Shown here piece after piece: positions 18,331 through 27,538 of a stretch of 64,000 bases of DNA; positions within the stretch are counted from its first letter, which is position 1; every line of letters starts with the position of its first letter. This stretch comes from an uncultured Eubacteriales bacterium (lineage in GTDB: Bacteria > Bacillota > Clostridia > Oscillospirales > CAG-382): the NCBI GenBank assembly GCA_934502885.1, contig CAKSUT010000002.1:76554-140553 (forward strand), in the 5' to 3' direction. The notes below the pieces were generated by a model. It had not been told where the DNA came from. It did not search any database and was given only the letters and a program-made list of their open reading frames with translations. The translations under genes and the position numbers were made by a program.

Positions 18331-19056
18331 TCAACTCTCCTTTTTGTACATACCGTCATCAATCGATTTGCCGTCTTCGCCGAGTCCGAGCATCTCAAAA
18401 AGGCTCTCGGCAAAAAGCTCGTGCATTTCGGGTACGGGGTGGTTTATCCTGTTCACAAGAAGCATTGTGGTATCCTCGGTCTCGGCAAGCTTTTTCCACT
18501 TCGAGTAGCAGTCGCACACGGGCACGTTCATCTCATGCGCAAGCTCCTTTGCGGCGTTCATGTACTTATCCATTCTGCCGGAGTTCTGCATCTCGGCGGT
18601 TTTTGCGGCGTACTCACGGTACTTTTCGGGAGCGTCGTCGGCGACGTAGGTGTTGAGCATATTCGGGGTCATGAATATAACGTCCGCACCGCTTGCCGTA
18701 CACTTTTCAAAGATTGTGCGAAGCGAGGCAAGATATTCCTCAAGCGTGCCATTGACATCGTTGAGCCCGAAGCAGACAATTACGAGGTCGGGATTGTGCG
18801 CAAGCACCTGAGACTCGATTCTTCCGAGCGAGGATTTCGCGGATATACCGGCAATTCCGGCGTCAATGACGTTTACGGGGACATAATCGCTCACGGAAAG
18901 TATCTTTTTGCGGAGTCTGTTCCAATAGACGGTTTCGTAGTTGTAGTTGTCAAGCAGTGCGCCGTGAGTGACGCTGTCGCCGAAAGCAACTATGGTTATC
19001 GGACCTTTTTCGGTAAGTCCGTCGCGATCGAGGTTTATTTTATCCTTTATATGCAT
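18331..19056 (-). CDS. SGNH/GDSL hydrolase (esterase/lipase)
   Basis: Block I VAFGDSVTHG, block III FGLNDV, and a C-terminal NHP motif. Confidence 0.7.
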   Translation of the reverse strand: MHIKDKINLDRDGLTEKGPITIVAFGDSVTHGALLDNYNYETVYWNRLRKKILSVSDYVPVNVIDAGIAGISAKSSLGRIESQVLAHNPDLVIVCFGLNDVNGTLEEYLASLRTIFEKCTASGADVIFMTPNMLNTYVADDAPEKYREYAAKTAEMQNSGRMDKYMNAAKELAHEMNVPVCDCYSKWKKLAETEDTTMLLVNRINHPVPEMHELFAESLFEMLGLGEDGKSIDDGMYKKES

Positions 19057-19071
19057 AGTCTTTCACTCCGA

Positions 19072-21081
19072 TCAAATAAATACTGTGTATCTGTGTTTTT
19101 TAAATTCGAGTGTATCCGAAGCTGACGCAAAGTCGCACATCGGCACGGTATACTCTTTTCCGTCGGGATATGCGAAGGTAACGTCGCAATTGCAGAGCCG
19201 TGCGGTATCGTCCGTTTTCTTAAACGAAATGCCGCACTCGCACTCCTTGCCGCAGACGGTTTCCCTCTCGAAGCACTTCTTGTCTCCGAGGTCCTTCGAC
19301 TGTGCAAGCAGTATTGCCCCGACGCTGAGAGTCGCTTTGTTCTCGGAAATGAGCGCATCTTCGCTTAAGTTCTCGTCTCCGCTCACGAAGCGGTGCTTCA
19401 TATACGGAGTGACCGGGAAGAAATCGTTGTCGTAATCACCCTCGATGAGTCTGGGCGTGCTGTCGAAGTCAATCGATATGTGCATTTTCCCGCTTACGAG
19501 TTTCACCTCGAAATACTCTCCTGCGTCCGGCATATAAATCTTATCGTCAACACGCACACCCGTCTCTATGCTCCACAGAGGTATGCGGAGCATGAGCTTC
19601 TTGGCGTCCGAAAGGGTCGCGTCGATATCGATGCCGACCGAACAGCTTTCAAGGTAGCCATCGCCTATCGAAATGTGAACCGTTTCAAGTTCGGTGGGTT
19701 TTACGGTGACGTCGGCTTTGCCGTAGAGGTTTATGTACACCGCATTTTTATCGCTTGCAGCAATCACCTCGGCGGCGTTGACAAACCCTCTCGGAATATT
19801 GTTTACGCAGCAATGGTTGTGCTTGAACTTCGCCTGCTCGAAAGCATAAAGGTGTCCCTCGATGCCTCTGACTCCCCTTGCACCCCACGTGCCGTCACGC
19901 GGCACTCCGGCAAGGAACGGATTATAAAATGCAAGCTCGGCAAAGTCGATGTATCTCACCTCGCCGGTAAGCTTGTAAAGCTCGGTCGCAAGGCGGATAA
20001 AGTGAATGACGTCGCAGATTTCGGTTATTGCGTTCTGATAGTTGCCGGCGGCGATGAAAATATCGTTGAAGCCGACGCTGAAAAGCGGATTGTACTCATG
20101 CTTTATGAGTAGACCGAAGAAATTCTCCGCAGCTGTGAGATACTTCTTTGTTCCCGTCACGCGGTAAAGCTCGAGAAGTCCGTCGAAGCACGACATCATC
20201 TCATAAGCCTTCTGGCAGTTTGCGTTGTTTTTGAGTGTGTCCGCAATATCGACGGCAGACGCCTCCTCGCCGAAATAAGGATTTCCTTTCGACTGCGGTT
20301 CGTACTCGTCGAGGTCGTCGTACCACATGTGTATCGGTTGTCCCTCAAGGCTCTTTTTTATAATCTTGTAGCACGCCGTTTCGCCGTCCTCCCACTCATC
20401 CGCTATTTCAAGCGCGAAATCGAGGAAGCGGCGGTTTTCGGTGTGTCTGTAGAGAATGAGTACGGGCTTCATTATCGAACCCGACGGCAAGCCGTAAAAC
20501 GTACCGGTCTCACAGATTTTCGCACCCATATCTTCAAGCATATCGATAAGCTGAAGAGTACTCTTCTCGGCAAGGTCAAGGATTTCCGGCTCTCCCAGAA
20601 GCTCATACGCTTCGAGAAGTGCCCAGAGGGTATACTTTCTGCACCAGATATTCCAGTTCCAGTTGCAATCCCAACCCATTTTCTCGCGTCCGAACTCAAT
20701 CGGTGCGCGGAACACAAGCTTTTCGTCCTTATACGTTCCGAGGTATCCGTCCTCGCGTGCAAAGCCCATTATGCGGTGTACGCTCTCGCGGATCGTATTT
20801 TTGAGGTCGCCGTTTCCCGTATATTTGCAGGCGCGGCACGCGCTCACGATAAGCTTGCCCCAAAACTCGCCCTGCCATATACCCAAAGGCGCGTCGGCGT
20901 CGTCAACGCAGTTTGCGAAAGCGTCCTCAGCTTCCTTGAGTATTACGTTCTTCGCCTTATCCGAGAGCATTCTCTCGTATATAAACCTCTCAAACTTCTC
21001 TTCGACCGCACCGAGAAAGTGTGCGCTTCCGATTTCGGCGGCATTTATTCTGTCAGCCTTTGCATATCCGATCATCGTCAA
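19072..21081 (-). CDS. Large cytoplasmic (alpha/alpha)6-barrel-type glycoside hydrolase, GH127/DUF1680-like (tentative)
   Basis: 669 aa. WQGEFWGKLIVSACRA and the overall size resemble beta-L-arabinofuranosidase-like families. The family assignment is not secure without an HMM search. Confidence 0.4.
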   Translation of the reverse strand: MTMIGYAKADRINAAEIGSAHFLGAVEEKFERFIYERMLSDKAKNVILKEAEDAFANCVDDADAPLGIWQGEFWGKLIVSACRACKYTGNGDLKNTIRESVHRIMGFAREDGYLGTYKDEKLVFRAPIEFGREKMGWDCNWNWNIWCRKYTLWALLEAYELLGEPEILDLAEKSTLQLIDMLEDMGAKICETGTFYGLPSGSIMKPVLILYRHTENRRFLDFALEIADEWEDGETACYKIIKKSLEGQPIHMWYDDLDEYEPQSKGNPYFGEEASAVDIADTLKNNANCQKAYEMMSCFDGLLELYRVTGTKKYLTAAENFFGLLIKHEYNPLFSVGFNDIFIAAGNYQNAITEICDVIHFIRLATELYKLTGEVRYIDFAELAFYNPFLAGVPRDGTWGARGVRGIEGHLYAFEQAKFKHNHCCVNNIPRGFVNAAEVIAASDKNAVYINLYGKADVTVKPTELETVHISIGDGYLESCSVGIDIDATLSDAKKLMLRIPLWSIETGVRVDDKIYMPDAGEYFEVKLVSGKMHISIDFDSTPRLIEGDYDNDFFPVTPYMKHRFVSGDENLSEDALISENKATLSVGAILLAQSKDLGDKKCFERETVCGKECECGISFKKTDDTARLCNCDVTFAYPDGKEYTVPMCDFASASDTLEFKKHRYTVFI

Positions 21082-21130
21082 TCTCCTTTGCTTTTCCGTT
21101 TTTCATTCGCAGAACACGGTATGATACCCG

Positions 21131-21159
21131 ATTATACACCATTTTTCTCCGCACGTCAA
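21131..21159 (-). promoter_or_regulatory. Sigma-A-type promoter for the GH127-like/SGNH/GH43 gene string
   Basis: Minus strand: TTGACG (21154-21159), a 17-nt spacer, then TATAAT (21131-21136). A 5-1-5 palindrome GGTATcATACC at 21118-21128 overlaps the predicted transcription start and may be an operator. Confidence 0.5.
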
Positions 21160-21197
21160 TACATAAACCGAATCCGTTGTGTGCTTTTTTGATAAAT

Positions 21198-22013
21198 TTA
21201 CCGTTTCTCCGTGATAAGCTCTCTCGGTATCAGTGCGTAATCGTACATAACCTCCGAATGATTCTTCACAAAAAGCTCTTTTGTCACCGTGCCGTCCGCA
21301 CCGTGCGCCACCCGATATATCTCGGAGCATCTGTAAAACTTTCCGTTTTCCTCCGTAAATCTGTGGTTTTCCTCAGCAAGCGCATATAAGCACGGAAACT
21401 CTTTTTTGCTCCGAAGCTCCGCGTGCAGGATCTCTCCCTCACAGTATACGCACAGCTGAACATCGCAGTCGGCGGTGTTTTCAAATCTGTAGTCTACATA
21501 GTTGTAGCAAACGGACGTCCCGGACGAAAGCGGTTCTCTCCTTCCCTCGTCCGGAGAGAGTGCGTCGGAGTGCATATGAAACTCCGTAATCTTCATCGGA
21601 CTTTGCAGAACAAGAAGGTTTATTACGTTCCCGAGATTGCAAAGTCCTCCGCCGATACCGGTCACAAGCTTGTTTTTTTCGATTATCCGCCCAACCTTAT
21701 AGCCCTTTGCTGCGGTCGTGCTTCCGACTGTTCTCCAAAACGAAAAGGTTTCTCCGGGATGTATGACAAGTCCGTTTATTCTTTCTGCGGCAAGCGCAAT
21801 ATTGACGGCTTTCCCCTCTTGTGTGGCAATGTCAACTCCCGGAAGCCTTTTTATCATGTTTACGCTCTTCTCGGACACAATCACGGGCAGTTTTGCGTAG
21901 GTTTTCTCTTTTGCAAATACCGCTTTCCCGAAAAAGTCGCGGGCATTCCGCTTTATTGTTTCTTTTCTTACGGATATTGCGTAAAATAAGGGGTTCATTT
22001 CACAAAAAAGCAT
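21198..22013 (-). CDS. VanW-family protein
   Basis: ORF 21198..22220 trimmed to MLFCEMNPLF (ATG 22013, after GGGAGAG) because yqeG ends at 22042. VanW core: GETFSFWRTVG...GYKVGRII...GGGLCNLGN. Confidence 0.7.
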   Translation of the reverse strand: MLFCEMNPLFYAISVRKETIKRNARDFFGKAVFAKEKTYAKLPVIVSEKSVNMIKRLPGVDIATQEGKAVNIALAAERINGLVIHPGETFSFWRTVGSTTAAKGYKVGRIIEKNKLVTGIGGGLCNLGNVINLLVLQSPMKITEFHMHSDALSPDEGRREPLSSGTSVCYNYVDYRFENTADCDVQLCVYCEGEILHAELRSKKEFPCLYALAEENHRFTEENGKFYRCSEIYRVAHGADGTVTKELFVKNHSEVMYDYALIPRELITEKR

Positions 22014-22041
22014 GAATTCTCTCCCTGTTCGGTAAATTTCG

Positions 22042-22548
22042 TTACAGCACTCCGATTTTGCGGCAGAGCTTGATGTACATTTTTTCAAACATTCTTCTCT
22101 TTCCGACTCCGGTTTCGCCCGCATTTTTTCTGTATTCGACGAACACGGAAAAAATGCCGCACCTGTTCGCACCGTATATGTCTGAAAGAAGTCTGTCTCC
22201 GACAACTGCCGTTTTGTCACTTTCTGTTCCGAGCATCCTCATCGCTTCAATAAAACCGCGCCTTTTCGGTTTTTCGGCGTCACATATGTAAGGCACGCCG
22301 ACAGAAAGGGCGAAAGTCTCCGCTCTTTTCAGGTCGTTGTCGGTCAGAAGCACAGCAGAGAAGCCCTCACGTACGAGCTTCTCAAAGAGCGCCGCCGTTT
22401 CACTCTCCGGGGGCATTCCGTGGGGAACAAGCGTGCCGTCGATATCGAAAATCAGCCCCGTGATTCCCCTCGAACGAAGCTCCGCGTAGTTGATATCATA
22501 CACGCTTTTGACGCAAATGTCCGGACGCAAAATTTTCGGAAAAGTCAT
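22042..22548 (-). CDS. yqeG: YqeG-family HAD-IIIA phosphatase
   Basis: ORF trimmed to MTFPKILRPD. HAD motif I is LIFDIDGTLV; a later GDRLLSDI block is present. Confidence 0.75.
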   Translation of the reverse strand: MTFPKILRPDICVKSVYDINYAELRSRGITGLIFDIDGTLVPHGMPPESETAALFEKLVREGFSAVLLTDNDLKRAETFALSVGVPYICDAEKPKRRGFIEAMRMLGTESDKTAVVGDRLLSDIYGANRCGIFSVFVEYRKNAGETGVGKRRMFEKMYIKLCRKIGVL

Positions 22549-22549
22549 A

Positions 22550-23257
22550 TCACCGACCTCGCGTTTCGTCTTTTCGCACATACCGCAAAACGCTCTCTAT
22601 CTGTTCGCAGTAGGTGCCGTTCGGGGCAAAAACTCCGTCCGCGAAAGCCGCGCCGACGGTAAACGCAAAGACGCCGGACTCTTTCACCGTATCTATCCTC
22701 GCAAAGCTGTTCACGCTTCCTGCAATGCAAACAGGTGCGTTTACATTCGACGTAAAATCCAAAATGAGCTTTTCGGCGTCCTTTGTATATCTGTACGCCA
22801 AAAGGTCAAAGCCGAAGACGCCTTTTTCAAGGTATTCGTGCGCCTCGGATATCATAGTCTCGCACTCTCCGTCGAGAACCGACGGTCGTCCGCTCACTTT
22901 TCCGACGTAAGGCATATACTTTATTCCGTTTTCGCGGCATATTTCATTGACGGAGTCGTAATACAGCGTTCCCATAAGAAAATCGCATCCGCACCTTGCC
23001 GCGGTTTTCGCACCGTCAATACATTCTTTCTCGCCGTATGCCGGGACCTCGAGAACCGTCGTCCCTCCGCACTCCCTCATTTCGCAAAACAGCGGTTTCA
23101 TCTCGTCAAAAGGTATCCCGACTTCTTTCATTCCCCACATCGGAACCTCCGGCGCAACACCGCCGAGTCTGCACTCACGGAACAGCTCGGCCGCATTTTT
23201 TACGGTGCGGTCGCTATATGTAAGCATGACCGTGAGTTTAGGTTTGTTATCGCACAT
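22550..23257 (-). CDS. Hypothetical protein, function not assignable (possibly TIM-barrel-like)
   Basis: ORF 22550..23368 trimmed to MCDNKPKLTV (the upstream gene ends at 23260). I could not name any motif. It is tightly packed between the WYL regulator and yqeG. Confidence 0.55.
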   Translation of the reverse strand: MCDNKPKLTVMLTYSDRTVKNAAELFRECRLGGVAPEVPMWGMKEVGIPFDEMKPLFCEMRECGGTTVLEVPAYGEKECIDGAKTAARCGCDFLMGTLYYDSVNEICRENGIKYMPYVGKVSGRPSVLDGECETMISEAHEYLEKGVFGFDLLAYRYTKDAEKLILDFTSNVNAPVCIAGSVNSFARIDTVKESGVFAFTVGAAFADGVFAPNGTYCEQIESVLRYVRKDETRGR

Positions 23258-23259
23258 AA

Positions 23260-24243
23260 TCAGTCGGATATCCCCTTCGTAAGCATATCGGTACAGTATC
23301 TTGTGTACCCGTCTTTTACGGGCTCGGGACCCTTGATTTTGATTTTTCCGTTCAGACCGAAAATCCACGAATAGAAGTGTCCGCTCACGGCGACCGTAAC
23401 CGTTGCATGGTATCCGTTTTCTCCGTCGCGGACAAGGATGCAGTCCGTGCCGAAGAAGTCGGCGAATATGCCGAGAGACTCTTTGTCTACCGAAAGCACA
23501 ACCTCATGTTCCTCGCCTCCGAACATATCGAAGGTTTTCTTGGCGTACTCGGCTCTGTCAAAATCGGATATTTCGCGGCACTCCGTTCTCGGAGTATCGT
23601 CAACCTTGGTATATTCCATTTTATCGACTCTGTAATGCTTTAACATCTCGGACTCGTCGTCGTAAGCGACAAGATAATAGTTTTCGTCGCTCCACATAAG
23701 AGCGACCGGATTCACCGAATAATACGCTCCGTCGCGCTTGAACTCTCTTTCAAAGCCGTCGGAATAGACGAAGTACTTGAACCGTATCTTGCGTGAAAGG
23801 CGTATCGCGTTCTGAATCATGTCAACATTGTAGTAAATCATTTCGTTCGGCGCTTTTACGCGTCCCGATATGACGACCGAACGCCTGAGCGTTTCAGCCT
23901 CGCTTTTCGGCGCGAGCTTCATTATTTTGTTTATGAGCGACATACTCTTTCTTGCCGTAAGAAACCGCGACGCCTGAATGACATCGACAAGTATTTTCAG
24001 CTCCGAAAGCTCAAAATCTCTTTTTCCCACGCAATATCCCGACGGCGTTCTTATGATATCCATGCCGTACTGCTCAAGGCATTCAATATCGTTGTAGATG
24101 CTCTTTCTCTCGGCGCTTATTCCGTAAACGGCAAGTGCATCTATTATCTGCGGCACGCTCATGCAATGGTTCTCGTCGGTATTCTCGAGAAGTATATCGC
24201 GAAGCCGCAAAAGCTTGAGTTTTCCTCCCATTGTCTTCGGCAT
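23260..24243 (-). CDS. WYL-domain transcriptional regulator (wHTH-WYL-WCX architecture)
   Basis: ORF 23260..24264 trimmed to MPKTMGGKL (ATG after GGAGGAA). It has an N-terminal HTH (LRLRDILLENTDENHCMSVPQIIDAL) and a central WYL-type block (YYSVNPVALMWSDENYYLVAYD...HYRVDKM). Confidence 0.75.
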   Translation of the reverse strand: MPKTMGGKLKLLRLRDILLENTDENHCMSVPQIIDALAVYGISAERKSIYNDIECLEQYGMDIIRTPSGYCVGKRDFELSELKILVDVIQASRFLTARKSMSLINKIMKLAPKSEAETLRRSVVISGRVKAPNEMIYYNVDMIQNAIRLSRKIRFKYFVYSDGFEREFKRDGAYYSVNPVALMWSDENYYLVAYDDESEMLKHYRVDKMEYTKVDDTPRTECREISDFDRAEYAKKTFDMFGGEEHEVVLSVDKESLGIFADFFGTDCILVRDGENGYHATVTVAVSGHFYSWIFGLNGKIKIKGPEPVKDGYTRYCTDMLTKGISD

Positions 24244-24368
24244 AAAGTTTCCTCCTTGTGACAAATGTCAGCCTGTTATGGTACAAGTATAACACACACA
24301 GGAAGAATTTTCTGTTTACTTTTGTAAATTTTATATCCGCACGGTAAGCCCGAATTCATAAAATGTGC

Positions 24369-24397
24369 TTGAAAAAACGGCGGCGAAATGGTATTAT
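24369..24397 (+). promoter_or_regulatory. Sigma-A-type promoter (extended -10) immediately upstream of holA
   Basis: TTGAAA (24369-24374), a 17-nt spacer, then TGgTATTAT (-10 at 24392-24397). The ATG at 24408 lies only 10 nt downstream. Confidence 0.45.
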
Positions 24398-24407
24398 GTA
24401 GTGTGTT

Positions 24408-25580
24408 ATGTTCGGCAATAAATTCGGAAAGGCGGAAAGAACTGTGGCTTCGTCAAAAGGCAACGCAAAAAGCGCGGATAACGAGAAAATACTCAAAGAG
24501 CGGCTCAAGTCCCGCGAAACGGCAGGCGTATACTGTTTCGGCGGCGATGAGCTTTACATGATGGACTATTACGCCACGGAACTCAGTAAGTCCGCCGGCA
24601 GTATTATCGACGTTGACTATTTCAGAGGGAAGTTTTCGTTCGGAGATTTCTCCGACGCTTTCACGACGGTTTCCGTACACGAGGCGATGGAGTTCGACCT
24701 TGACAGCATGAGTATATTCGGCGACGAAGAAAGCGGTGCAAAAAAGAAGCCGAAGTCCGACATGAAGGTAATAAAGCTCGATGAGCCGAATTTTTCCGAG
24801 TGGAGTGAGTCGGATGCGGATGCTTTTCTCGATATGTTGAAAAACGTCGGCAAAAAGACGGTTGTGATAGTTTTCGCTCCCGAAAAAGAATCGTCGCAGT
24901 CGAAGACGCACACGGAAATAATGAAGGGCATCAAAAAAACGGCTCTTTGCGTGGAGCTTTATCATATGCAGCCGGGAGATGCGGCACTCATAAAGTGGCT
25001 CGGACGGACGCTTGCGAAGTGCGGAGTCGAAGCCGACACGGAGTCCGTGAGGTACATGATAAGCACGGTCGGCTGTGATATGTGTACTCTTAAGAACGAA
25101 GCGGAAAAGCTCGGAATATACCTTATGTCAAAGGGCAAAAAAAAGCTGACGCGCGAGGCAGTCGATTTCATCTGCATAAAGAATATCGACAACATAAATT
25201 TCGCTCTTCCAAACGCAATTCAGGAGGGAAACTTCACGATGGCGGCAAGGGAGCTTCACATATTCGAGGAAAAGAACACTCCGCCTCTTATCGTATTCGG
25301 AATGGTGGCGTCGGCGCTCGGAAACATGGTGAAGGTGTCATACTGCCGCAAAAAGCAGATGAGCAATGCGGAAATTGCCGCAAAGACCGGCATTCATCCG
25401 TACGTTGTACAGAAAACCGTGTCCGCGCTCACGGGACGTTTTCCGGGAAGAAAAGAAGACTCTTTCTGCAAATTTGCGTCTAAGAGAGTCCTTGACTGCG
25501 ACAGACAGATGAAAGGCTCGCCGGTTGACAACTACCAGCTGCTTTGGTTTTTGCTCTTTGATCTGTGTACGTACAGGTGA
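24408..25580 (+). CDS. holA: DNA polymerase III delta subunit (clamp-loader)
   Basis: 390 aa. YCFGGDELYMMDYY, a central LKNEAEKL block and a C-terminal helical region resemble HolA. The assignment is by eye only. Confidence 0.55.
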   Translation: MFGNKFGKAERTVASSKGNAKSADNEKILKERLKSRETAGVYCFGGDELYMMDYYATELSKSAGSIIDVDYFRGKFSFGDFSDAFTTVSVHEAMEFDLDSMSIFGDEESGAKKKPKSDMKVIKLDEPNFSEWSESDADAFLDMLKNVGKKTVVIVFAPEKESSQSKTHTEIMKGIKKTALCVELYHMQPGDAALIKWLGRTLAKCGVEADTESVRYMISTVGCDMCTLKNEAEKLGIYLMSKGKKKLTREAVDFICIKNIDNINFALPNAIQEGNFTMAARELHIFEEKNTPPLIVFGMVASALGNMVKVSYCRKKQMSNAEIAAKTGIHPYVVQKTVSALTGRFPGRKEDSFCKFASKRVLDCDRQMKGSPVDNYQLLWFLLFDLCTYR

Positions 25581-25592
25581 CAATACAACATG

Positions 25593-25632
25593 AAAAAAGT
25601 GCGGTTTCCACGCCGGAAGCCGCACTTTTTTA
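25593..25632. terminator. Bidirectional rho-independent terminator between convergent genes
   Basis: AAAAAA-GUGCGGUUUCC...GGAAGCCGCAC-UUUUUU: an 11-bp stem flanked by an A-tract and a U-tract. Confidence 0.8.
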
Positions 25633-26391
25633 TTATTCCTCTTTACTTTCGGCATCGATAAGCCCGAGTTTCGTCGTTTCAAGCTCATAAACAAGCTCGT
25701 CGCCCTGATACGTTTTCGCCGCAACCACAAGACCGTAATCAAGGCTTATCGTGTAATACTCCGTGAAAACAGCTTCGCCGAGATTATACGAAAACACAAG
25801 CTCCGCCGTGTTGCCGTAGCTCCCCTTTGATAGAGTGTACTCAAACTCCGTTGTGTCATACGGCAGGTTGAGAAAGCCGTATACCGACGGCAGCATTCCC
25901 TCGGAGAAAACGTCTGAGGTTCCGCTCGGATAAACCGCAGACGATATCGTGGGAGTATACTCCGTTACGGTTATACTCTCCCCGTCGTCCGAAATGATTT
26001 TTACCGTTCGTCCGTCTTTCATTATATCGAGCCTGTACTCGGGCGCATTACGGGAAAGCTTTACATTCTGCATCAGCGTTTTTTCGGAGTAATACGCCGT
26101 AACCGTTGCCTCCCAGACGTAATTATCCGGAACTTCAATGCTGTCTGCCACGGCTCTGAAGTTTTCCTTCGTCACGCTCACAGGCGTTTTACTGTGAGAA
26201 AAACCGCCGTTTTCGAGGGTGCTCAATATACCGTCAGAATCGCCGCCGTTCACCGAATCGCCGTCGTTTTCCCCCGGTCCGAACCGCCGCGAGGGAGGTC
26301 CGAACAGGTTCTGCCACAAAAGTACGCCTGCAACAGCGATTACGAACACGACCATTGTGATTATCTCAAATACGTTCTTTTTTATGTTCAT
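25633..26391 (-). CDS. Hypothetical membrane-anchored extracytoplasmic protein
   Basis: N-terminal TM IITMVVFVIAVAGVLLW, then a beta-rich domain. It is the last gene after mnaA, with a 4-nt gap. Confidence 0.5.
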   Translation of the reverse strand: MNIKKNVFEIITMVVFVIAVAGVLLWQNLFGPPSRRFGPGENDGDSVNGGDSDGILSTLENGGFSHSKTPVSVTKENFRAVADSIEVPDNYVWEATVTAYYSEKTLMQNVKLSRNAPEYRLDIMKDGRTVKIISDDGESITVTEYTPTISSAVYPSGTSDVFSEGMLPSVYGFLNLPYDTTEFEYTLSKGSYGNTAELVFSYNLGEAVFTEYYTISLDYGLVVAAKTYQGDELVYELETTKLGLIDAESKEE

Positions 26392-26395
26392 GATA

Positions 26396-27538
26396 TCAGA
26401 TATAATCTTCGGGACGCTCGCCCAAGCCGAAGTGGTAAAGTATTGCGTCGGCTATACGTGCAGAGGTCTTTCCGTCGCCGTAGGGGTTGCGTGCCGACGC
26501 CATTTTTTCGTATTTTTCGCGGTCTGTGAGAAGCTCGGACGCCATGCGGAAAACGGTGTCCTCGTCAATTCCGGCAAGCTTCGCCGTACCTGCCTCTATT
26601 CCCTCGGGGCGTTCGGTTTCGCGGCGAAGCACGAGAACCGGCTTATTAAGAGCCGGGGCGTCCTCCTGTATACCGCCCGAATCGGTGAGAATAAGGTAGC
26701 TTTTAGCGAGAAGGTTGTGCGCTTCGACCGGAGGAAGAGGATCCGTGAGAAGCACTCTTTCTTTTCCGGAAAGTATCGCGTTTACGGTCTTTCTGACAGC
26801 GGGATTGAGGTGTACGAGGTACACTATCTGCACGTCGTCAAAGGTCTCGGCTATTCTTGCAAGCGCACGGCAGATATTCTCGAGAGGTTCGCCGAGATTT
26901 TCGCGTCTGTGCGCCGTGACGAATATTATGCGTTTTGAAAAATCGAGTTTTTCGGCAAGCTCCTTCGGAAACTTAAAGTCCTTCTTTACGGTATAGCCGA
27001 CGGCGTCGATTTCGGTGTTGCCGGTGATGAAAAGTCCGTCGGTGATATTCTCTTTCACGAGCTGCTCACGGCACAGAGGAGTCGGGATAAAGTGGAGGTC
27101 GGCAATCGGACCTATCAGTCTGCGGTTCATTTCCTCGGGGTACGGCGACCACTTGTCATAGGAACGGAGTCCGGCTTCGACGTGACCGACGGGAATCTTG
27201 TTATAGAAAGCACTGAGAGCCGAGGTAAACGCGGTCGAGGTATCGCCGTGTACGAGAACAAGGTCGGGGCACTCCGCTTTGAGTACCGGGTCAAGCTTTT
27301 CGAGAATATCGGTGGTTATCGTGTTTATCGTCTGCGACGGGCGCATAATGTCGAGGTTGTACTCAGGCACAACGCCGAAAAAGTCGAGTACCGAATTGAG
27401 CATCTCTCTGTGCTGACCGGTCACGCAAACGACGGTTTCAATCTCTTTTCTCTTTCTCAGCTCATGCACGAGCGGACACATTTTTATAGCGTCGGGACGT
27501 GTGCCGAATATCGGCATTACCTTAATTTTCTTCGTCAT
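26396..27538 (-). CDS. mnaA: UDP-N-acetylglucosamine 2-epimerase (non-hydrolysing)
   Basis: KVMPIFGTRPDAIKMCPL, HGDTSTAF, TDSGGIQEDAP and RxETERPEG blocks are present. Confidence 0.9.
   Translation of the reverse strand: MTKKIKVMPIFGTRPDAIKMCPLVHELRKRKEIETVVCVTGQHREMLNSVLDFFGVVPEYNLDIMRPSQTINTITTDILEKLDPVLKAECPDLVLVHGDTSTAFTSALSAFYNKIPVGHVEAGLRSYDKWSPYPEEMNRRLIGPIADLHFIPTPLCREQLVKENITDGLFITGNTEIDAVGYTVKKDFKFPKELAEKLDFSKRIIFVTAHRRENLGEPLENICRALARIAETFDDVQIVYLVHLNPAVRKTVNAILSGKERVLLTDPLPPVEAHNLLAKSYLILTDSGGIQEDAPALNKPVLVLRRETERPEGIEAGTAKLAGIDEDTVFRMASELLTDREKYEKMASARNPYGDGKTSARIADAILYHFGLGERPEDYI

Noticed and set aside
22550-23257. I was tempted to call the 235-aa protein an aldolase, a NanE-type epimerase or a GlpP-like TIM barrel.
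   Set aside because: I could not identify any catalytic or signature motif by eye. It is left as hypothetical.
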